Source: Eremomyces bilateralis CBS 781.70 (taxonomy: Eukaryota). From it: a stretch of 33,430 bases of DNA. The notes beneath the pieces are model-generated. The model saw only the letters and a program-made list of their open reading frames with translations. It was not told the origin of the DNA and searched no databases. Of the stretch, positions 13,292-24,038 are shown in pieces; positions within the stretch are counted from its first letter, which is position 1; each line of letters starts with the position of its first letter. The stretch is from assembly GCA_010015585.1 (NCBI GenBank), contig ML975152.1, one strand, 5' to 3'. The translations under genes and the position numbers were made by a program.

Positions 13292-16200
13292 ATGGCGACT
13301 TTAGTATGTCCGCCCTCTTCAGCCTCGAGCTGTACTGACAAGTCTCTATAAAGCCCACAGCCCTCGCAGAGGCTACGAGAATCGAGAATGAGCGCCTAGA
13401 CCGGATCAGAGTCGCCTTGAATAATAAGAAGCTCGTCGTTGTTATTGGGGCTGGAGTGACAATCAGTGCGACATCAACGGTATTAGGCGAATCGCTCTCT
13501 CGAATATCGTGGCGAGGCCTAATTCGAAATGGCTTGGACTATCTTGTTACGGATGGCCACGTTGAGGGAAACAATCGAAGATTGAAGCGTGCATGTGAGA
13601 TACTCGAACAGTCCAATCCTGATCTGGACGATCTGCTCGATGCGGCAGGTATTCTGAAATCTCTACTCGACAAGACCCGTCAACTGCCTACCTGGTTACA
13701 AGCAGTGTTTGGCGGTCTCTCTAAGGAAATTAGGCACCCGGCCGTGCTCGATGTTCTGAAATCCTTTCACGAGAAAGGAGCCATGCTGCTTACAACGAAC
13801 TACGACGATCTCCTCGAAGAAGGCCACTGCAACTTGCGCCGCATCAACCGGTCCAATCATGAAGAGGTCTTGAAGTTCCAAAATGGAGATTTGCGCGGGA
13901 TCCTCCATATACACGGCAGCTACTACGCACCCAATGATGTCATCCTGGACGCAACGGACTATTATGAGGTTAGACACTCAGATGATGTTCAGGATGTACT
14001 AAAAACGCTTTGGAATGCTTACACGATGATGTTTGTTGGCTGTGGATCCGGATTGGAAGACCCAAACTTCAGCGCACTGTTGAAATGGGCGTGTGAACAT
14101 CAGAGGAATATCCCAAATCGACATTATCTTTTGGCTCGCACCGGAGATTATCTCAATCTCCAGCCTCTGGTGCGATTACAGTTTGGGCCAAGCTATTCGG
14201 ATCTTGTCCCTTACCTGCAGCGACTGCTGGAAAACCCTGAGCAGCCAGCGGCAGTAGGATTGACCGGTCGATTTCGTAAGTGACCTTCGATATTGCATCG
14301 GCTAGGGATAGATCTATGCTAACCGCATAGTAAGATCGTGAATCTATGTCCGAGAGCCCAAACCCAAAGAGAAGGAGGCTAATAGTAGAGAAGGGCTCAG
14401 AGAACGAACTCGATCGCCTGCCATTCTCCGCTGAAGCACCTTTCAATTCATTTCAAAACCAACACGAGCCTACATGCCTCCCTAATACCCGCGTCAATAT
14501 TCTGGAAGAAATATTTAGCTGGGCTGATGGACAAGATAAACGGTTCATCTTCTGGTTGAACGGCCTTGCCGGGACGGGAAAGTCTACGATTGCTCGTACT
14601 GTTGCGCGCAGATGTTTCGATTCAGTCTGTCTTGGGGCCAGCTTCTTCTTCTCAAGCGGTGGTGGAGACGTTGGCCATGCTGGCAAATTCGTAACAAGCA
14701 TTGCAGTACAGCTTGCAAGAAACGTTTCTGCTCTCCATCAACACATTTGTGACGCTATTGCAGAGCGCAGCGATATTGCCGGCCAGTCCCTCCGCGATCA
14801 ATGGCATCATCTCGTCGTCCGTCCGCTTTTAAAGCTGGACGGCAAGGACTCCCGATCCTCATATGTTCTAGTTATTGATGCTCTCGATGAGTGTGCTAAG
14901 GATAGCAACATCCGAATCATTCTGCAACTTTTAGCCGAGATACGATCGCTAACGAAGGTCCGACTACGAATATTTTTAACGAGCAGACCTGAGATTCCGA
15001 TCCGATTTGGGTTCTGTCAAATACCAGATACGGAACACCAGGACTTTATCCTCCACAATATCTCACCATCAATTGTGGACCACGACATTGCTATTTTCCT
15101 AGAATACAATCTGACACTCATCGGGCAGGAACGCTCTCTAGGCGCTGACTGGCCCGGCGGAGATAACATTAAACGCCTGGTTCAGAATGCAAGTGGCCTA
15201 TTCATCTGGGCGGCAACAGCATGTCGGTTTATCCAAGATGGGAGACGATTTACAGTTAAGAGACTGAGTACAATACTTGACGGCAGTAGCAATGCTGCTA
15301 CGGCACCAGAGAAGCACCTCAACGAAATTTACATTACTGTTCTCAGGTATTCCATTTCCCCAGATTATTCGGATGAGGAGAAAGAGGAGTTGTACGGAAT
15401 GTTGAGACATACTCTTGGGAGTATAGTTCTGCTCCTCTCCCCTCTCTCTTCCTCTTCTCTAGGCAGGCTTATCCACCTTCAAACCGAGGACATTGACCAG
15501 ACGTTAGACGATCTTCATGCAATACTAGACATTCCAGAGGACCGACGTCGCCCGCTTCGTCTACACCACCCTTCATTTCGCGACTTCCTCCTTGACAAGA
15601 ATAGGTGCAGTAACTCAAATTTCTGGGTCAACGAGAAGCAAGCACATGGGGCATTAGCTACGAGCTGTATACAGCTAATGTCGACCTCTCTTAAGCAAGA
15701 CATCTGTGTAATGGAATCTCCAGGTGTGCTCGTGGCTAATATATCGAGCAATCGAGTGCAGCAATACTTCACTCCGGAGATTCAATACGCATGTCTCTAC
15801 TGGGTTCAGCATCTTCAGAAGAGCGATGCTCGGCTTTATGACAACGACTTAGTGCATCAGTTCTTGCAGATACACTTACTCCACTGGCTTGAGGCGCTAA
15901 GCTGGATGCGGAGGATCTCTGAAGGGATCTATGCAATTACTTCTTTAGAGGCCGTTGCCCTTGTAAGTAAGCTAACAGTATTACACCAGTCTTCCAGCTT
16001 AATTTAGTTCAGGAACATCACTGTCCCCGTCTCTCCGAGTTTATTCAAGATGCCAAACGATTTGTACTATTTAACCAGCCAGTGTTAGAGTGCGCTCCGC
16101 TACAGGTCTACTATAGTGCATTGATTTTTGCACCTGCTATGAGTATAGTTAGGAGGCAGTTTAACGACCGGATACCTCGATGGATACAAAGATTGCCTAA

Positions 16201-17180
16201 GGTCGAGAATGATTGGGGTGCTCTACTACAGACATTCGAGGGCCATGGGGGGGCGGTCTTGGCAGTGGCCTTCTCGCCGGACGGCAAGGTGGTAGCGTCG
16301 GCGTCGGNNNNNNNNNNNNNNNNNNNNNNNNNNNNNNNNNNNNNNNNNNNNNNNNNNNNNNNNNNNNNNNNNNNNNNNNNNNNNNNNNNNNNNNNNNNNN
16401 NNNNNNNNNNNNNNNNNNNNNNNNNNNNNNNNNNNNNNNNNNNNNNNNNNNNNNNNNNNNNNNNNNNNNNNNNNNNNNNNNNNNNNNNNNNNNNNNNNNN
16501 NNNNNNNNNNNNNNNNNNNNNNNNNNNNNNNNNNNNNNNNNNNNNNNNNNNNNNNNNNNNNNNNNNNNNNNNNNNNNNNNNNNNNNNNNNNNNNNNNNNN
16601 NNNNNNNNNNNNNNNNNNNNNNNNNNNNNNNNNNNNNNNNNNNNNNNNNNNNNNNNNNNNNNNNNNNNNNNNNNNNNNNNNNNNNNNNNNNNNNNNNNNN
16701 NNNNNNNNNNNNNNNNNNNNNNNNNNNNNNNNNNNNNNNNNNNNNNNNNNNNNNNNNNNNNNNNNNNNNNNNNNNNNNNNNNNNGCCGTGGCCTTCTCGC
16801 CGGACGGCAAGGTGGTAGCGTCGGCGTCGAGCGATAAGACGATCAAGCTGTGGGATGCCGGATCGGGAGCGGCCCTGCAAACGCTGCCTATAGACGCTGT
16901 TGTTCAGAGACTTTCGTTCTCCAATGATGGGACATCCCTCCGGACTGAAAGAGGACAGCTACACCACGCAATTCTCTCCCACGATTTAGCTGCTTCCGAA
17001 TCAAGCCGTTCATGGGCTATATTTGTGAAGCAGCAATGGATAAGCTGCGGCATGGACAATATGCTTTGGCTTCCTTCCGAATATCGGCACTGCTGCGTTG
17101 ATATTCACAGCAGCGTGGTTGCTTTTGGATGTAGATCTGGTCGCGTGACAGTCATGGCATTCGACTTTGAATCTTACTAG
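13292..17180 (+). CDS. NLR-like protein SIR2-like - NACHT - WD40; predicted exons 13292-13303, 13354-14275, 14335-15962, 16013-17180 (contains an N-gap)
   Basis: SIR2_2-type motifs VIGAGVT, TTNYD, HIHG and FVGCGSGLEDPNF. NACHT motifs CLPNTRV, Walker A GLAGTGKS (14562-14585), Walker B VIDALDEC, LTSRPE and GLFIWA. Then APLQVYYSALIFAP, HET-E-like WD40 repeats and a MLWLPSEYR tail. The fusion requires the AAG acceptor at 14332-14334. Confidence 0.85.
16228..16885 (+). repeat. High-identity WD40 repeat array collapsed into an assembly gap
   Basis: 42 identical nt at 16265-16306 and 16788-16829 (VAFSPDGKVVASAS) flank 477 N. Confidence 0.85.
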
Positions 17181-17764
17181 ACCTCCACCCCGCCCACCTC
17201 CGTCGCGGTCGACATTGCTTTATACTCTCTTGAAAGTGGCGAGAGTGGCAATGCTTATGTTGCTGCGCTCATTACCAAGCCCTGAATGGGTTTAGTTTCT
17301 CCGAACCTTGGGCACGTCTCACTTTATTTCGTCTCTGTGGCCATGTTCGGAAACTTAGTTCCACAGGGGGGGTTAGAGTATGGTACAGTACCGCAGATCG
17401 TGTACAATGAGTGGCAAAAATAGATAGTTATGGGAATACTATCCTCTAAGTTATCCTTCGTCAAACTAGCAACCCTTGAATTGTGTAGTTTCTAGACTGG
17501 CCACAGCGCTTGGATATTTGATGGATTGGATGAGACAGGTCTAATGAATAGGTCCCTTTATTAAAGTTGTACACTTGGCTTTCATTGAAATAGTTAAGTT
17601 CTTCTGGGTGATACAACTATTTACATGACATATTCCAATTTAGGAATGTGTCAATTGCACCACATAATGGTTGCTTCCAGCACCCATTCGGTCTCTTGCT
17701 AAGCCTCCCGGTTAAATAACCTGTGAAATACTCCCGAATTACCTGTGTTTTATAAGGTACGATA

Positions 17765-19128
17765 GCTGATCTCCGGTCTACGATCCAGATACAGGGACAC
17801 CAAGCTGAATTGGTTACATCCCTCCGGGTACTGGGAGTCTGGCTCGACCCTTCCCTCTCATAGAAGGACCACATCCTCCGAGCAACACAGAGGGGACTTA
17901 AGGCTTTCGATTCCCTGGCGAGGGTAACTTCGCCGGTATGGGGACCATCCGTCCGGAAATCGAGGCTGCTCTACACAGCGGTTACACGGCCCATTATGAC
18001 ATACGGCGCCCCAATCTGGGGAGTCCGCCAGCAGGGGGGGCCAATCTCTGAAGGCAAAATGAAAGACCTAGCCAAGGTACAGAACAAGTGCCTTCGAAAT
18101 ATCCTAGGGGCTTACAAACGGACACCAATCGCCGCGCTTGAGAGAGAGGCGGACGTTCCCCAATCGAACTCTACGTCATAGAACGGGCCGCTCAAAGAGC
18201 AGCATCGACGAACTTCCATAAGGTCGCTGCCCAGATTGAGGGAGCCCTGACGCAAGTCTGGGATGCTGCCTCCGCTCCCCCGAGACGAACTCGAGGCCGA
18301 CCCCGCCGTGTCAGGTCTAAACCTTCACCCATAATGTGTACTCTCTGGACCAAGTATGACAAACTTCTGTTCCCCCGGCCCGAACCAGCTAGAGGATATC
18401 AGACACAACAGCGAAAAGGCCCGCACCGGGTGATCCAGGATGAATATCGGGCGAAATGGAGGGAGAGATGGCAAGCCGAAGCGGCCAAACCAGGAAGGAG
18501 AGCAAGGACATGGAAGGACCCGTGGGAAAACCAGTGCCTTAACCGATTTCATGGCCTTCAGAAACACGAGGCCTCGGCGTTTATGGCACTATGGACTGAG
18601 GTAGTTGGAGTTAAAGGATGGCCCGCGAAAATTGGTGTCCCTGGAATCCACCCTGCGTGTGAATGCGGGGCCCCCCGACAGTCTCTCTACCATCTCCTTG
18701 CATTTTGCCCGCAGCGGACCGACCAGAGAATCGCGCTCCTCCAACGAGCTAGAACAACGAACTTCAAGAGGATATTCATGACAGGGACAAGGTGCGTCAC
18801 GCAGCAAGGTGGCTGATCGATGCGGGAGGTCTAGAGCAATACCGGGTGGCCAAGGAAGTTGAGAAGGAGGTAATAGAGGACTGGAAACCGTTCCAGCCCC
18901 TCCACGATGTGCCAGAATAAGCTCTCCGCGTAGGCGGAAACACCGACTCGTACGGAAAGATGATAAACGTTTGAGATAGTCTACTAAAGGGAGGAGGCGG
19001 GATTTTATGTACCCGCAGCCTCAGGGCTACGGGGAAACTTTTGCCCGCGGCAGACCAGATAGAATACCGTGCTCATAATTAGACCCGAAAGGGATCCAGA
19101 TAGTACGTTAAATTGATTCTTATTATTA
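17765..19128 (+). mobile_element. 5'-truncated, degenerate Tad1-like non-LTR retrotransposon (LINE)
   Basis: End of RT LRVLGVWLDPSLS*KDHI, thumb LLYTAVTRPIMTYGAPIW and ILGAYKRTP, zinc knuckle CECGAPRQSLYHLLAFC, C-terminal AARWLIDAGGLEQY and stop at 18918-18920. (TAT)n tail at ~19120-19130. 15-bp TSD at 17750-17764 and 19129-19143. Confidence 0.92.
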
Positions 19129-19467
19129 TTATAAGGTAGGATAACCAAAAACCATCTTTATCGTTGTAATAATTACCTTAGGATCTCGAATCCTGCCTTA
19201 TTAGAGGAAAAGGAAGATGCAGATCTTGCCTCCTTTTCATATATCCACACTTGCTTCCTACGATTTTCTTCCGCATTGCGTTATGTTGTTTCTTCGGACT
19301 GCCTCGCGAAATTCAATCTTGTCCTCAATGAGAACTTTATGGTCTGATGGCTTGGTGGTGTCTAACGCGACCAGTCATGCACGCACATTGAGAAAAACGA
19401 CGATCTCGCTCAGGGACTCCCAGGTTTGCAGAGTCCAATTCACCTCTCAAGCACAAGCTGGTGGTGA

Positions 19468-19590
19468 CACACCTTGACCACTGATAACGAGCCCGCTCTA
19501 TCACTAGTGCAAGACCACTGGATCAATGCACGATCCAAACATATCGCGATCCATTACCGCTTCGTTCGTGAGCGCTACCTTGAGGGGGAG
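19468..19590 (+). mobile_element. Ty1/copia RNase H fragment
   Basis: TDNEPALSLVQDHWINARSKHIAIHYRFVRERYLEGE matches the copia DN..A..L......H.RSKHI.I.YHFVRE motif. Confidence 0.8.
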
Positions 19591-20704
19591 TGTACGTAGT
19601 AGGAAATGAACCATCCACTTGGGATTGGGGATTACTTCCTGATGGGGACTAATTAGCTCCATCACGAAGTGATCACCAATATCCACAGATCCCACCTCCT
19701 AGATAGCTTTCTGATTAATCAATCATACACACACACACCTCTTCCAAAACCGAGATGTTCCTTTGGAGTACACTTTGAAGGGAACTATGCGTGCAATGAT
19801 GCGAACGTGTTGTTGAGACGCATCGTTGGCAGTCCGAAGCATATCCTCAGCAACCTAACAGAACTTCTCGAAGATCATTTCGTGCATGGGTGATGCGAAA
19901 TTCAGCCCCTGAATCTGGGATAACTATCGGTAGCTTGGGCGCTGTAAGAGCGGCGTCAATCCAAATTTCTTGAAAACCAACTCCGCTACCTTCGCGATGA
20001 CCAGTGTATCGAAAGATGTTGCATTGCGTGCCAGCCGGTAGTGACTGCAGTCCGGCGGATCATCTTGAAACTTCTCTAGGTGTAGGGCCACCGCATCGTC
20101 TACGAGTATACTTGTATACTTGGCAATGACATGGGGAAACTACCTGCGATGAGGAAAGCTGGGTGGATATAGAATATTGGCATTGCCTACGCGGAGTGCA
20201 TGCGACTCTATTAGGATGCTAGGAGGCAAACAGGGCCGGTATGGATAGGATGCCTATCATCTACTAGGAGGGAGTACTTTTGATAATATAAAAGATATTC
20301 GGATATGACAAAGCGAACTAGGTATGTATCCGAGGTCAGCCATATCTAGGAGGAGTGCCCACGACAAAACAAGAAGCGGACTGGACATGCAGGAGAGAGC
20401 TGGTGTTGGAAGAAGATGGAAAGATGGAGGAAGAGGACGGGCAATAGAATAGTGGAATTCTTTTTAAGGTGCGAAACCTGGAGAATGCTTGATTTCAGTA
20501 AGGACCCGTTTGCGAAATGGGCATGGGGAAATTGGGTTCTGTTTGCACCCGATGCGTGCTAGCCACGCCGTTTGCAAGACAGGCAGAAAGAGTTTGAAAA
20601 AGTTGTTTGGGAGCTACCGGATGGATAAGGGCAGGTAAAAATCGCCTGAGTGAAAGTACATTCTTGAATGAAGGACTTTCTTATCGAATCATGAGATTGG
20701 GGGG

Positions 20705-20878
20705 TGTATCAGTCAATTCAGTGTGAACGAAATGGATGCCACAATATCCTGGACGCCCCCCCCCAGCCTATGGAAAGTCGAAGAGACTTAACGGGTTGTA
20801 TCGGTCGATTCAGTGTGAACTAAATGGATGCTACAATAACCTGGACGTCCACCCCCAGCCCATGTAGAGGCGAAAACT
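20705..20878. repeat. Diverged tandem duplication, 92-bp period
   Basis: tgtatcagtcaattcagtgtgaacgaaatggatgccacaatatcctggacg... at 20705 versus tgtatcggtcgattcagtgtgaactaaatggatgctacaataacctggacg... at 20797. Confidence 0.85.
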
Positions 20879-21231
20879 GGACCATGATGGATGGTGACAA
20901 AGGACAGTGATCGTCGAAAGAACCAACTGGTGCGTTTAGTGGAAACATACCTCCAGGGCATGGATTTCATTATTTGAGTGTAATAGGGAGATGATTGCCA
21001 ACTTCGATTTCCCCCTTTGGCAGCGATCTATCAAGCACGCTTGCTAATGATACCGAGCAAATTGATAATGAAGTGCGTAGTTGCGCCAACAGCTGGCTTG
21101 GGAACATTGGTAACCCTACACGATGCCGAATCTCATAAGCTCATTCCCGTCACCGCTGTGGCATGTAAAACCAACCAACGCCAAACAATGCATGCCAATC
21201 GCTCTCATGACCATGACGTCTTTCATCAATC

Positions 21232-24038
21232 TCATTCATCCCCCGCCTCCATCACCAACCCTACCCGTCCCCTCCTCCCCGACCGCGCCTCCTTCCGCTT
21301 CCTCCGCCCAAAACTCACATTACTCGCTGAATCATCCGGCAAGATCTCACTCCGCTCCTCCCACCACCCCACCTCCGTCCCCCCGTCCCCCTCGCTCTCC
21401 CCCTCGCCCCACCCGCTCGCCGGCGTCCCACCGCGCACCTCGACGCCGCCGGACCCACCCCGGCGCGCCTGCGCCAACATCGCCAACCCGGCGCCGCGCT
21501 GGCGGAGCTTCTGCCGCACCGTCTCGGCGTGTGCGTGCAGCGCCTCGAAGGCGTCCTCGAGGACCTCCATGCCGGTGTAGATCTCGCGCTCGATCTCGGC
21601 GAGGACGGCGATTTCAGTGTCTTCGTCGAGAGNNNNNNNNNNNNNNNNNNNNNNNNNNNNNNNNNNNNNNNNNNNNNNNNNNNNNNNNNNNNNNNNNNNN
21701 NNNNNNNNNNNNNNNNNNNNNNNNNNNNNNNNNNNNNNNNNNGGATGGAGCGGAGGGGGGGTTGCGGGGAGAATGGGGTGGGGCCTCGGGATGCGGGGGC
21801 GAACGGCGTGGTGATACGAGAAATTCCAGGCCGTACGACGCTGGGAGATTGGGTGTTACGGCTGGATGGAGGGACCGGATAGATGCCTTCGGCGCCAGAC
21901 CACAGGAAGCCGTCGAATCGACCGGATACGAGGACATCCCATTCATGCTCACTGACCGCAGCCATGGTGGCGAGCACACTGTGGATGTGCGGATTCTTCA
22001 AAAGGTAGATGGTACACTCTGCGTCCCGTGGGGGTTTCTGTAGTCGGTAAAGCCGTTGGATCGCCGAGACGGTTTTTGCCAGCAATTCGGGTCGCGGACG
22101 ATCGATCGCGCTTGGGGGCCGGGAACCGGGTGTGGGTACCGACGGGAGATCCAGATGGAGTGCACTGAAGAGGGGACGAAGAGAGGGTTCCAGGTGGGTG
22201 AGAATCGCAAAGGTAAGCGTTTCATCGTCAATTTCTGCCGGGGGGCTCGATGGATCGGATGGCTGGCTGGCAAGCCAAGATTGAACGGCGTGTTGAGTTT
22301 TCTTGCTCTGTCGAATGTAATGAGATTGGTATTCTTCCGGGATATCGATATCCAATTTCTGCATAGGAGCCTCGCGTGTGCGGATGGAGATGCCCAAGCC
22401 CTGTGCGTTGGGGGAGATGGTGAACGGTGGCCATGGAGGGAGCTCACGTCTGCCAGCAACGTACTCAAGGATCTCACCCCAGCTGATTCCCGAGTCTTCC
22501 GAATTTGGAAGTTGACGGTCTGGGTTAGAACGGCACATGACGCAAGAGCACACCTCGGCGGAGATACTACGAGCAAAGACGGCTTCTAATCGATCGAGAA
22601 GGCGTCGAGCAACGGAGCGATATCCTGTGGCTACTGCAAGCGACCCATTTTTTGTCATCACCTGTTCGTAGTCTGACAGAAGCTTGTAGAACGGTCCAAA
22701 AATCGATTCGGAATGTGAACTTTGCGTAGCCGGAGGAACCGGAGACTGATATGTTTGGTAGTTCGGGATTGATTGAGATTTTGCCGCTGCAGTAAGCAGG
22801 GTTTTTGGGATCAATTGGGGTAAGCCACCGTTCTGCAACAAGTAGTCGACTCTGGGAACATCTGGTGGTGCCATCATAGGTGGAGGAGGCGGGGGAGGGG
22901 GAGCATTGGGGTTACTTTGAAACGAGGACTGTCCCTGATCCAACCCGTGAGGCGCTGCTGATGTCGTTCGAACGGGTGTTACATCGCTTTCGCCGGCAAA
23001 TATGTCGACTGAAATCGGTTGTTTTCCGGTTCCAAATGGCGAGATAGGCGGCTTGTGTTGAATAGGGGTCTTCGGGGATGAGTCTGTCGCAGACATTGGT
23101 GACGAATTTGACGTTGGCATGGTCCCTTGCTGCGACGGTTTTAATCTTCCGTTCAGAGTTGATGTCCCATCTGACTCTGTGACTGTTGTGGGTGCAGTAT
23201 GCGTGCCATCTCCTGTCGAAGAAACTTTCATTTTTGAACGGGAGTTCCGCAATGTACTTGGTGATGACCGTCCGGTCGACGCCGTCTCTTGCACAATTGA
23301 GTCGTCTTGTAATATCTCGCTTCTTCGTAGGCTCGAGGCTGACTTCACTGGCTTTGGCGCACTGGGTTTCATGCGCCTATACCCGTCATCCACGCTTCGT
23401 CTTCCTGCCGATGGGGACGCAGTTTTTGTTCTCTCTGGTATGTTCACCATGTTGGCACTCGCCGCCCTTCTTTGTCCAGCATCCGTTGCTGTAAGAGGAG
23501 GACTGGGAGGTGCTTGTGTTCCTCTGGCCGGCGTCGGGGGAGTTTTCGTAGCACCAGGACTCAGTTTCCATGCTCCGTCTTTGTCGTGTCCGAGATCGGT
23601 AGGGTCGGGGGTATAGAGAGACAACCGAGGGTTCGCAATTTTCTCACGACTGCCAATGGCTTCGCGACTGTGTGCTTTGGAAAATGAGGGGTATGACGAC
23701 ACGTTGGTGGAGGAGTTGCCGATCGAGGCGGCGGAGGCACGACGCTCCTTTTCAGGGACGGAGGTTGACATTTTCGTTGGCGTGGAAGTTCGCGAGGAGT
23801 GGTGGTGTCGTTCGCGGTCTCGATCTCGATCGCGGTCTCGGTCACGGTCTTTATCTTTGGACGCAGCTGAGGAGGTGGAAACTTTGCGGGAGGACTTCCG
23901 TCGATGCCGTTCTCGATCGTCTTTCACCTTCGGTTCTCGAGGCGAGTCGCGGTCGCGGTCACGGTCACGATCTTTCTCTCTGTCCTTGTCCTTGGTACGT
24001 TTGCTGGGACGGCGGATTTCCGCACCTCTGCTGGACAT
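21232..24038 (-). CDS. Conserved Pezizomycotina hypothetical protein with a low-complexity N-half; spans an N-gap
   Basis: Long ORF with RD repeats, a poly-Pro run and globular segments (PRVDYLLQNGGLP, SLAVATGYRSVARRLLDRLEAVF, GRFDGFLWSGA). Past the gap the coding frame is DEDTEIAVLAEIEREIYTGMEVLEDAFEALH...PDDSASNVS, stopping at 21232. Confidence 0.85.

Noticed and set aside
14284..14460. Amyloid signalling motif linking a separate SIR2 effector to the NACHT receptor
   Set aside because: No N/Q/G-rich HRAM, PP or sigma-like motif at the SIR2 C-terminus or NACHT N-terminus.
16308..16784. Apparent frameshift and long X-containing ORFs in the NLR WD region
   Set aside because: Artefact of the estimated gap length; not evidence of pseudogenisation.
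20705..20878. CRISPR-like interpretation of the tandem repeat
   Set aside because: Eukaryotic context, only two long diverged units, and no spacers or cas genes.
21017..22043. Plus-strand 187- and 306-aa ORFs, and the stop at 21315 for the 907-aa ORF
   Set aside because: These are antisense or off-frame shadows of GC-rich coding DNA across the 110-N gap. The real frame ends at 21232.
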